Assembly (NCBI GenBank): GCA_047495785.1
Contig: JBLDXI010000013.1
Span: forward strand, 4,464,001-4,528,000
Length of the DNA stretch: 64,000 bases
DNA from: Lepidodermella squamata
Taxonomy: Eukaryota; Animalia; Gastrotricha
Direction of reading: 5' to 3'
Numbering within the stretch: position 1 is the first letter of the stretch; each line of letters starts with the position of its first letter. The notes below the pieces were generated by a model. That model ran no database searches. It was not told the origin of the DNA and saw only the letters and a program-made list of their open reading frames with translations. This document shows, in pieces, positions 53,101 to 64,000 of this stretch. Made by a program: the position numbers and the translations under genes.

Positions 53101-56100
53101 CTTGCCTCGCTATAATCGCTTTTATCAATGAGCTATAAAACTACAAATGCGCGGGGCATTGTTGAAAAACATGATTTTTCTATAATAGGAACGATTGGCC
53201 GAGGGCGAAACAGACCGATTGACTGCTGAGGTGCAGGCTTACGTTGAGAACATCATCGACGTGAACAGCTTGATTTCGGCCGCGGAACAGCTCGGCGCCC
53301 TACAGGCCGAACATGAAGCAGCCGCTCTACAACTATCGCACGCCCGAGACACGATTCGCGAGCTAGAGGTCGAATCGAAGGACAAGCAAATCGCAGCTGA
53401 GAAGCGAATCGCCGATCTCGTGGCCGAAGTCACGATTTTAAAGGAAAAAATTTCGAATCTAGAGAAGAATTTGGCGAAAAAACCGGCGCCGGTTGCGACG
53501 ACAAATGTGCAAATTTCGATGGTACCAGCGTCGCACGTGTCCACCCTGCCGAAAAGCGACTCGCAGACGCAGATACCACCCCCGCCGCCTCCGCTACCGG
53601 TGCTGACGAAAAACCCGTCGAATGCGAGCCAAGACTCGGCAGTCGGCCCGCCGGTCCCACCGCCGATCGACCCTGTGACCCTGGCGCCCGGCGGGCCCCC
53701 TGCTCCGCCGCCACCTCCGCCGCCTCCCCCGCCGCCTCCAGCTATGGGCGCCCCGCCACCGCCGCCCCCTCCACCCGGTATGAAAGCACCCCCACCGCAA
53801 AGCACCCAGCAGACGAGGAAATGCCCGGAGCCGCCGTTCGCAATGCAGCCGATCAGCTGGACAGCCATCAAGGCGCCGCAGGCCCGGGGCACCCTGTTCG
53901 ATAAAATGAACGAAGACAAGCTGTACGAAGTGTTGGACCTATCCAGCTTCGCCCACGTCTTCAAACTGCCGACGTCGCCGTCGCATAACGGTTCGATGGT
54001 TGATTTGAACCAATCGACGTCGATCGACTCGATCGCCCCGCAGTCGGCGACGAAACGCGGCGTCCCACCCGGCACGCCCGGGGTCGACAGTCCAGCGGCG
54101 TCGCTGCCGGATACCTCGCACGTGTTGGACTCGAAAAGTTTCCAGAAAGTGGCGATTCTACGGCGCCGATTGCCGCACGACATCGAGTCGATAGTTCGAT
54201 CGATCAATAATTTGGACGTTCGATTTTTGTCGTCTGAACACATTGATACGCTGCTGAAATTGGTCCCGGGCGAGGCGGAGATTGCGGCGTTCGCCGCGTG
54301 TGGCCTGCAGACGTCGGAGATGGGCTGCGATGAGGATCGGTTGATGTCGAGTTTGATCCACGTCGAGCGGTTGCAGCAGAAATTGGAGATTATGCAGTTC
54401 ATGCTGGCGTGTGGCGAGACGATTCGCTCGCTGCGGCCGAAAATTGCGAGTGTGTCGACGGCGGCGAATGCTGTGCGCGCTTCGAAACGCCTGCATAAGC
54501 TGATCGAGGTCATACTGGCGCTTGGAAATTACGCTAATGTACGTTTTTTTCTAAAATTGTCCAAATTGAGCGAAAATTTGTAAAGTCTTGGTGGTTTTAT
54601 ATATGTATATCCCTGACTGCTGAAATGCGATGCGAATGCTCAGAAATATTCGAAATGGCATCAGAATAGTACTGAAGTTAGCCAAGTTAGTCGACGGTAA
54701 AAAAAATCCCAAGAAATCTGGTGGCACAGCCGGGTAAAATTCCCGAAATTTCAGAACCAGTTACCATGCGGTATTTCTTCGGTAAGATCGCGGAGAAAGG
54801 ATGGAAGATTTTAAATGGGTCTAAATAAGTGCACCACCTAAAATGAGGTTCCAGCACTAAATTTGAGAGTGCGTTTACCTAATTTGCAAACGGCTCTCAC
54901 TAAATCATTTGGGCACCTAAATATGAGTTCCAGCACTAAATATCAGCATTCAGTGCCTATTACTGCTGTTAAGCCCAGGCGAGGCTCTCGGGCATTCTCG
55001 ACCACGCGCCCTCAGACTAGGTTTTCACCGTATTCCGTATTACCGAGAGCTCAAGCCACTTTTATAGTGCTGTAAGGTAGGCATGGGTTTACGGTTCCGA
55101 GAAATGTTAAGGAGTTGGGATTAGGATTAGGATATGATGCACCCGCGATTTTAGGCTCGCTTGCATAATTTTAAGAGAAATACGGACTTCAAAATAATGC
55201 ATATTATGCAAATGAGCCATGATGTTGAGATTAGCATCACTTTATGACTCACTCTTTCGATTGGGAATTGTTAAGTTGCTCACTGCCTACAACTCTGCTG
55301 CGGAACGCCGCCATTGGCTTTTTACGCGGGACCATCATGGTGGGACCCTGAGTGGCAGTATGGACTGTATTTCGGTGGCAGTATGGGCTTTATCCGAAAC
55401 TTTGAAACTTATCAGCTTCAAGAGTAATTATAGCTAACTGAGACGTCTTTATCATCGCAGTCTTTGTTTGAAGGTTAGGTGTTGCGCAATAGTGATCAAA
55501 GTCAGCTTTCACCTTTTGAAATGCATAGGATAGAGATAGGACTGAAATGGTTTGCCACTTGCCACGTCTCGTTTAAGCAGGAAGTGAGTGGCTGTAGTAG
55601 CAAAGAATAAAATAGTGCTATTTGCCCATAACTAAAGTAGACTAACAATGAGTTCCTCCTGAAAGAGGCCCTCCCAGCGTAACTTAAATTTCAACATCCT
55701 GCCTTATTTGCATGTGCGCACATTTTTTACGGCCTAGCAAGCTTTTGACCTTTGACCTACAAGTGATGCCTGACCCTGCTTGCGATTAGCGGCGGACATT
55801 ACCACCAAATCTGCAGTGTCCAAGTGTGAAAAAGCAAGTGTTTATGGTTGATTGATTAGGGATCGGGGATAGGGAATAGGGCCCAGGTCGATTGGCAGAT
55901 CCTCGAAGTAACTGCTCTCCAGCGGCCTCGCTAGTGCGGCATGATGACATTTCTATCCACGAATTAGGTGGTGGCTTTGTATATTTAGTGTTAGAGTTGC
56001 TTATTTAGTGTTGAATAGGATTAGTGCGAGTGACTTTCAAATTTAGTGCTGGAACCTTAAATTTAGTGCTGGAACCTTATTTTTAGTAGGTGCAGTTGGC

Positions 56101-59100
56101 ACACCCATTTTAAATTAATGAATTTCTTCTAAAAACTTGATTTGAATTAAAAATAGTCTGCAGAAATTAAACATTGGAAAATTGCTGCGGAATTTGTTCT
56201 TATAATTTTTAATTACCCGCTAGAAGTTGACGGTCCACTTTTAGGTCCACTTTTCTTTTATTATCAGCGGCCATCCCTTAACTTGATTTTCAATTAGTAT
56301 TTTGATGAGTTCATGATTAGTTGACCTCGGTATCCGGTGGTATGCGTCATCAAAGTTGAAAGAAAACACGTATTTATTTGTGAAAAAAAACAAAAAAATG
56401 TAGTTCAAATGGCTGGCTGCATAATGGTCGCGGCCATTAAGCGAAATAATATTTAGCTCTGTCGCTCTCCTTCATGCGCCACAACATCATGCCACAACAC
56501 TTCATGCTCGGGCCTTTGTATGATTGTAACGACGCCATACATTTCGGCGATTGCTTCCTTGCCTGCGAAGGTTCCACGACGTCTTGAAATCAGACAAGAC
56601 GTGAATAGTAGCGAATACTAGGCTAGCCAGCCTATCGTGACCTTCCTTGTGGCACGACTTGCATGATATCAGTGATTTCGAAGCTTCGTCGAAAGTAGCG
56701 ATTGAGGGGCATTCTTGCAGCGCCATGAATTGTGGTATTTGTGGCCGTCAACGTAGCGACAGACGTTTCCCTTCATGTTGATAAATTCCAAGTACTTCAA
56801 ACCGATGGATATCTTTGGTGGTCTACTACGACCCCCTTTCACCGGAACCAAAGGCAACCTGGGCGCCGATGTAGTGTCTTCGAGAGGAACGAGCTCAAGT
56901 AGTCGTAGTCGAACTCGAAGCAATACGTTAATATCACTCTAGACAGTCGCTGATGTTATCTTGTCGACCAAGCCATGCTTGTAGGTTCGAATGTGCACCT
57001 CGACCCTCCCTTGGTTGGTTCGGCCCGAAATAGTTCCGAGTTTCCGCTTGTAAATGCTGCTCCACACATCTGGATTAGCTGAGGCTGTCTTTGGAGCGTT
57101 TTGATCACTCGAGGACGGTGAAGCTCGTTCTTCGCTCTAGATCTGGCGAGTACGTGCGCGATCGACGTTCGATCGCCAGATAGCACCGAGTTTGCCAAAT
57201 GCTGCCTGGATTTGTTATGGTCACGTCATGTCAAATCGATGAGCGTATTGGCAAGGTGGGCCGCCGACTTCTACTTTTGGGGTATTTTTAGAAGTTAGCG
57301 GGCATCACCGGACCTCTAAATGAAACTCGCGAAAATATGAAACTGCCACCGAACTCATCAAAATACTCATTGTAAATCGGATCATGTTTAGGGTTAAGGG
57401 GTGGCCGCTGATAGTAAAAAAAAATGGACCGCCGACTTCTGCCAGATTTTGAAATTTAAATTTAAATTTTTGAAATAATTTCAAAATGAACTTATTTTTT
57501 ATTAGAAAATTGAATCATTTTACTGTTCTAGAAATTTTGCTCTGGATTTTAATTTTTTTGTGAGATTTTCGCTAGAATTTCTAACCAAATACCTATATTT
57601 ACCTATATTTCCATTTTTTCGATTTTTTAGGCGTCATCCCGGCGAACTGCTGACCCGGCTTACGGCATAAAACTCGCAAGTTTGGACCTGATAACCAATT
57701 ACAAATCGCCGAAGGACAAGTCGTACACGCTGCTGCACTACATTGTCGAAAATGTGACAAAACTCGTGCCGGAATTGAAGGATTTAAAGGACGAGCTGCC
57801 GCAGATGGACGAGGCGGCCGGCGTTGATCTCGAGGCGATCAACACAGAAATCGCGTGGCTGAAGAAGTCGATCGAGCAGGGCAAAGCTGAGGCGGCCGGG
57901 CGGCGAGAACCGCCCCAGGAATTGGTTAATTTCCTGCGCGAAAACGAGCGGGAAATCGAGCAGTTGGTGGCGGACAAAAGCGCGGCTCACGATGCGCTGC
58001 GCCAGGCTGCGGAGCTGTTCGGTGAAAATCCACGCACGTGCCAGCCGTCGACGTTTTTTGCCGTTTTTTCACGCCTTGCGACCAATTGGAAGAAAACCGA
58101 GGCGGATTTGGCGGCGCGGGCGAAGATTCGGCCGAATGTCCTCGCGAGGCAGACGACTGCAGTCGCCTCGAATGGGCGTATTTTGGCGTCAAATGGCGCG
58201 TCGAACCAGGCCGTTCAGCAGAATACGCCCTTGGACTCGAAATTGCCTCAGTTGGGGCTGAATAAATCGGCGGTTTCGATGCCGCGTGGTGGTGTCAATA
58301 TGTTCGGCATGTCGGATGAGCTGCAGGCGAAAATGACGAAGCAGCGATCGCGGGCTGAAGGGTCGAGCATTGCCTCGGCTATGGCCAATTCGATGATTGC
58401 TGAGAGCGAAAATTCAAATTCGAATGCATACGCGAGGCGGGAGACTTTGGAGGAAATTATTTCAAGTAAACCCAAATATCAATATATACGGAAGAATAAT
58501 TTTTGTTGAAATTCGGAAAAATTCACGGGAATTTGAATCCGAAAAATTCTATTGATTGGGTAAAACCGATTTTTTTTCATTTCATTTAAAAAAACCACTT
58601 CAAATTTTGATTGCTTGCAATGTGAATAATTGAATTGAATTGAAACGAAAATTGAGTTTTCTAGCCTAAAATTTCAATTTTTTGGTTGCAAATTGGCTAG
58701 ACCTGGAACAAGGGAAATTCATACTGATAAGTGATTGAAAATCAGAGAATTCTCATAGCGGAGCTAAATTTCGACAATCGGCTCCAAACTTTAAATATGC
58801 ATAGGATTGTCATTTTTCGATAATTTTGGAACCGCAATCAAGCCTCAATTGTTTGAACTTAATCAGAAAATTGAGCAGAATTTTGAAGAAATAAGTTGGA
58901 CTATCGAATCCCAAAAATTCTGAAGCCAATCAATTATTCTTCTTCCTTTTCATATTTACAATAATTTCCATCATTTTTGTTGCTCAATTCGACTCTTGAA
59001 GTTGAATGTTATCGTTAAAAATTCTCGCTTTTTCAGTGGAAATGAATAGCAACTAAATGTGATATTTCTTTCCTTCCAGGTGTCAAGACGAGTCCATATC

Positions 59101-59183
59101 GCCGGCCCGTTCGAACTGGCAACCACGCGAACCTCGACGGCGTGAGTCCAACAACGTCACCTTTGCCGCCTCTGCTGTCCTAA
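50185..59183 (+). CDS. FMNL: Formin-like protein (FMNL/FRL class). Exons 50185-50651, 50873-51021, 51878-52248, 52433-52561, 53189-54538, 57631-58465, 59080-59183
   Basis: N-myristoylation-type MGGSHS, GBD/FH3 (LRSNTVDWINEF, CIRCLKAIMNY, CIRFINILV), polyproline FH1, FH2 (ISWTAI, ILALGNYAN, AYGIKLASL, TLLHYIV, FGENP..PSTFF) and a DAD-like LEEIISSVKTSPYRR. Confidence 0.92.
54817..56106. mobile_element. Non-autonomous Mutator-like element in a formin intron
   Basis: GGGT...ACCC termini flanked by a 9-bp TSD ATTTTAAAT. Subterminal inverted repeats GGTTCCAGCACTAAAT / ATTTAGTGCTGGAACC. Confidence 0.75.
56222..57440. mobile_element. Deleted TIR element related to the transposon at the right end of the window
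   Basis: ~90-bp imperfect TIRs (AGAAGTTGACGGTCCA..TATCAGCGGCCATCCCTTAAC..TTTTGATGAGTTC and their reverse complement). An internal FLYWCH-like remnant YVDGHKYHNSWRCKN lies on the minus strand. Confidence 0.7.
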
Positions 59184-60889
59184 ATGCTGAAGCTGATGAA
59201 TTATGATATCTAGGCTTGCCACTTATTGTTGCTCGTTTTTCTTAAATTTCGATGATTTGCTAAACAAATCCGTGCCAGGATAGTGCCAGGATATTACGGC
59301 TTTTTACTTATTACACGAGTGCTAAGAACAAAAGCGCGGTTCTATACTACAATTGCTACTTCACTTTTTACTATGACGCTAAAATTTCTATTGTATACTT
59401 CACTCGCGGAACAATGATGCTTTAAACCGGAAAATCGAATACTTGGTGTTGTAACCCCACTTTGAAATTGTCTCAATTTTTCAGTATTTTTCTTCTTGCT
59501 AATTTTTAGGCAGTTGTGAGATAGTTTTACAGCACATTCCGTAGTATTTTTCACATGAAAAAAGAATAATTTTGCTCTTTGAAACAATAATTTTTTCACT
59601 CGCGTGTGGTGATATTGTGTCTTCAAGCTTAACTTTGCAATCGGTGGTAATTGAAATCAGAAAAAATTGTGAACTATTCGGGTGACGGTGCTCATGATAA
59701 CGTGATTCAATTTTTGATACGGTTAGTAAACTTCGCCTCTTATCTAGCTATAACTGATTTTTAGAAAATTGGACCATTACCCTAACATTTACGTCAAAAC
59801 ACCCCTCATAATATTAGGCCAACATTTCGTAAAAATTCACATATCTATGCATAATTTTAGATTTCAACGTTAAATTGCCCTTATATTCCGATTTTACGGA
59901 AGTTCATTATTTTGTGTACCTTTTAATTTTTGTCTTTTAAATGGCTTACCCTGCTGATCGACTGATATGCACCTGACCTACTTATATTAATATACCTTAT
60001 TTTTGAGGCACTTTGAAAACTATGCAAAATTATTATCGAATACTTGATGAGTAAAGAATATGCAAATTTGTGTTTAAATTGAGATAAAATCAACCCAACT
60101 CGTCTCTTGTTCAGTCTGCTTTTCAATCGATTTTTCTTTTGCCTTTTGTTGATACATATGCCGATAACTGTGAATCTACCTTCTACCGTTGTTCTTATAC
60201 TTCTTCTTATATATGCAGAAAAAAGTTAAATTTTATTGCTACTTCTGGTGAAATTTAATGTCCGCTATCGAATGTCTTTTATTCTTCTTATAACAAGGAA
60301 TCACGACGTGATTCGGCTTTGAAAGAAACGAAAAAATGATGCAAACAAAGCTTGACTTTATACTATTAAAATTGCGAATTGTTGCAGTTTCTTGACGCTT
60401 TTGTTTTGAAGTCTTTTCTAGAGTTTATTTTCAGTGTTATATGCGCGATCCTGTTGAATATGGAGAGCTGAGGGGAAGTAAACTATAGAAGGGGTTCCGG
60501 ATGAAAAGGATGAAAGGTTTAATATCAATTATCTGAAGGTCTAAAGGAAGAGGTTTCTGAGATCGGTGAAATGCTAACAATTTAGTGAAATTCGTGAATT
60601 TACTTACTGGGATCGACGGAAAATGGCCGCAAATGACCTTCGGGTTTCTGGGAAATTTTGGAAAAGGAATGCTGCTTCAAAGTCGCGGTGATGAAATCGA
60701 AAGTCCGCTAATCATTTTACTTGAATTTAGTCGTCATTTTATTCTAATTTATTCAAATGAAGAGTCTGGCTAGAATCGCGAGAAACCAATCCATCTCAAA
60801 GGTGAGCCGCTTTTATTTAGGCTTTATCTACCTATTTTAATTGCAAACAAATTTGTTCAAGCCTGTTTTACTGTAAAATTTTGACGTGG

Positions 60890-61115
60890 CTGAAGTTAGC
60901 GGCCCATTTTTTTCAATTGATAGCGGCCACCTTTTATCGTCCGATTGGTGTATCTGCCAAGTCATCTCGTTGTAGTATTCATGTTGCAGAATTTTTCTAG
61001 ACATTTTTTACAATGACCACCATCTTCCAGAGGTGGGCCGCTGGGGGGTGGGCCGCCAACTTCTATTTTACCGGAATTTTTAGAAGTTGGCGGCCCACTT
61101 GTCAGCGGCCCACCC
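60890..61115. repeat. Terminal/subterminal repeat block of the OTU-transposase element
   Basis: Repeated GAAGTT(A/G)GCGGCCC, AGCGGCCACC and GGGCCGCCAACTTCT motifs in both orientations, shared with the 56222-57440 termini. Confidence 0.6.
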
Positions 61116-61294
61116 TGCCAATACACCATTCGATTTGCCAAGGCGAACACATTATAAAAATACAGGGGTCTTTAGTGTCCTCAATCAAATAGAAGCGTAA
61201 ATGACTGCTGTGAAATGGCTAAATTTCTAATTAAGCATTATGATTTGCAGCTGAAATTCGATTTATTTCAAAGGAAAAGAACAAGGACTGCGGT

Positions 61295-64000
61295 TCAATT
61301 AGCGCAAATAACGGAGGCATAGTGCTCGGTACTGTCGAGCAGAGCGATTTTCAGAGTCTTCTCAGCCGGAGGAGCATTCGGGCGATCATCTTGTACGATA
61401 AGGTCATAGTTGTGCTTGTAGACGATTATCTTACACCTGTAGAGCATGGCGAATGCGGCTATGGAATCGTTCTCCCCATAAGTGCTCCATTTTTCCATCG
61501 ATGCAACTGAAAACAAACACATAAATTCATTATAACAGAAATTGATGTTTTTCCTTCTAACCTCGTTGGGAGAATCCTTGAGACGGAGTCCGCTTGCGTA
61601 TACATCTCACGAAATTCGTAAAGTGCTCGGGGTGGTTAGACATGAACTCGTTCGTTTCTTTACGATATTTCGCAACTGTTTTTCGGCACTCAGCACCCAA
61701 GACCTGGTGAACAAGAGCGTGGAAAAGGCAGCTGCCATCACCAAGTACGTCGCGGAGAAGCAAGCCGAGCGATGCCAACTTATCGACGAGGATTTGATAC
61801 TCCTGCTTATAAGGCAAAGGCTTAGCCCAATCACTCGGTTCAGAGGGCTCGAGATCCAGTGTGTGCGGAGGCGAAGGTGCGATCCGTAAGGCCTTCTTCG
61901 AACGGCTTCGACCAATAGGGCTCTGCTCAAGTGGCGGTGAATGATAGCTCGAAGAGCTGCTAGCTGTCGACTCGCTACGGCTGCGTTTCTTCGCCACACG
62001 TTCGCCCTTCCTTGGCCGACCAACCTTTCGCTTGATCACTTCTTTTGGCGATTTGGCTTCGTTTTGGGTTGATTTGGCTGCCTTACGCGGACGCCCAGGC
62101 CCTCTTTTGAGCACGATCGGTTGCTCGACTACTTCGACTCGTTCAACAGGAAAGTTTTCAGCTGCAGGTGCTTGGGCTTCGATGGCTGAATCGACCGCCG
62201 GAACTGAGTTCGAATTGTCCGACAGGAGAAGATCGTCGCGCGGTCGGGTTGGCTCGTCACGCAAGCCGAAAACGTGCTTTTCACGAAGGCGTTTCAGTGC
62301 AGCCAGCTCGGCCTTGTTCAACTTGGGAACATGCAGGGGTCGCACGCTTTTCTTCTTCCTTCCATCACCCCACTGAGCTTCCTCCTTTCCAATAGGAACT
62401 TTGCGGTTTTTCTTCGCGTTGTTGTCAACAGCCTTTTTAACGAGCCGATTCGCCGTCGCTTTCTTCAGTTGCGCCAACCGCTCGACAGCCTCTTTAACCA
62501 GGCCATAAGAAGCTTTCTGAGTGTCTCGAAGAGTCAGCGATGGCGTGCGCCGACCCAATTTCTTACCAACAAGGGAGTGCTTGTAGGTCCGAATGTGCGA
62601 TTCCAGTGCAGCTTGGCTTAATCGCCCAGAAAAACACGCCGGAAGATGCGATTTGATGTAAAGTGCTTGCCACATCATCATAAATGGTATGAATTGAGCC
62701 TTATCCGTCAAAGTTTCGACAACTTTTCGGCATTTGAATTCATTGTTCTTTCCACCATCGACACGAACGAGTTTAGCTTCAACCGAGGCTTGTTTCTCGA
62801 GGAAGACTGCCGTCAAGGGAGACATTTTCGAATATTTCTGAGGCATCGAAACGGGCTGATACACTGGAATATCATCATTCTCCTCAGATTCATCTTCAGC
62901 TTCACTTCTGACCTCGGCAGTTTCATCCACCTCGTCCTTGTCGTCGATGTGGTCGAAACTTTCTAGTTCCATTTGCAGCCACAGTTCGTTGATGCGATCG
63001 CGGCCTCTTACGGCATCGACCTCGAATTCGGCGCAGAATATGACGACAATAGCTCGCCAAATTTCGAAAATCTGTTCTTTGGTGCACCCGGCTTGAAGAA
63101 CTCCGAAACACTTCAGCGCCAGCTTTCGGACATCTTTCTTGACACCTTTCTCCTTTAGATACCTTGAAAGGTCGTGCATCAGATGGTTAATGCAGAAGAT
63201 GACCAGAGTTCCATAAGTCTGCAATGATTTGGCGTCTTTTGGAGCTTCGATGAACAGACGAGCTCGGCTGATAACGTAAGCTCTCACATTCACCTCGCAA
63301 AATGTGGCCACTACGGCGTGAAGCTCAGCGAAACAGCAGTCGATCACGATTACTCTTGGCATTTTAGCTGTGCTGTGAGCCTTTTCGACTGCGGATCTCC
63401 AGTTCTTCAAAAGAAAAATAGCATTTAGGGAAACCCATGTTTTCTATCGGAAGTCGAATGTTTACCTTGAGGAAAATTTGAATTCGGTCGCCAGTTTGCT
63501 CTGACGAAATCAACTCAGCAACAGGATAACCTAGAGACTTGCCATTGACCGTTGTAGGCAGCAAGGCATAGTAGAAAACCCGTTTTCCAGATTCGAAATC
63601 GAGCTTCCATATGCCACCAGTGGCATCCAGAACGCAAATCACGTAACCATGCTTCATAGCTTCAAAGAACAGCTCTATTGATAAGTCGAAGTAGAGAATA
63701 GCACCCATCGGATCCTAAATTTATGGAGATATAAGTCTAGCACAGAAAAATCATTAATAGTCTTACCAGAGCAAGTCGAATGTAAGGTCTCGCGTCAGCT
63801 TTCTGCTCGGCTTTGAGTTTAATCAGGTCGATGAAGGGATCAGCATCAGCTCTTCCAGCTATACGTAAATAAATCATAACTATTAATTAACTCTTTTGCT
63901 ATTAATGCTTTACCCAAATTGATCTTTTCGGATTGAATTTTCTGCAAAACAGAAAGATCAGGGACTTCTTTTCTAGGCATTTCCCCCATCATTTCGCCAT
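61295..64000 (-). mobile_element. Mutator-superfamily (NOF-FB-like) transposase gene with AT-hooks and a C-terminal OTU domain; 5' end lies beyond the window. Exons ...-63914, about 63858-63767, 63714-63466, 63404-61562, 61506-61295
   Basis: CVLDATGG, YPVAELISSEQT, PRVIVIDCCFAELHA, FCINHLMH (CxxH) and ALESH fit a MULE DDE core. AT-hooks KRGPGRPRK and KRKVGRPRK. OTU motifs VLGDGSCLFHAL...YGEND...EHYASV. The frame stays open across GT-AG introns. Confidence 0.82.

Noticed and set aside
53239-54513. 424-aa antisense ORF with poly-Gly
   Set aside because: Shadow of the GC-rich formin FH1/FH2 exon; the poly-Gly mirrors the poly-Pro.

Overview
This is an intron-containing animal (invertebrate-type) genomic window with GC-richer exons and AT-rich introns. 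Eleven conserved genes can be reconstructed from GT-AG splice sites. They fall into four co-oriented blocks driven from two divergent intergenic regions: <-(DNAJA, anamorsin/CIAPIN1, RNMT) | (MAT2B, Mcr-type TEP)-> and <-(SMN, PRMT5, METTL9) | (PHF14, PSMC1, FMNL-type formin)->. Several junctions are only 113-298 bp long and show AATAAA, a U-rich stretch and an unpaired 3' splice acceptor just before the next ATG, which suggests polycistronic (operon-like, SL trans-spliced) transcription; one such unit would couple SMN with PRMT5. The most novel signal is a family of small two-exon secreted-peptide precursor genes that the ORF track only shows in part: three intact copies (39088-39508, 44806-45096, 47540-48298) and one truncated copy (26168). 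All lie antisense to the surrounding housekeeping block. They share an 11-codon signal-peptide exon, a 57-58 nt phase-0 intron and, in three copies, a CACGTG/TATA promoter cassette, but carry unrelated Lys-rich mature regions released at EAER/EAAR/ESER/KR sites. Large introns hold many transposon pieces (hAT, Helitron, LINE, Tc1/pogo, piggyBac, Ginger-like and Mutator-like elements). An apparently intact Mutator/NOF-FB-like transposase with AT-hooks and an OTU domain runs off the right end. All coordinates were read by eye and may be off by a few bases.
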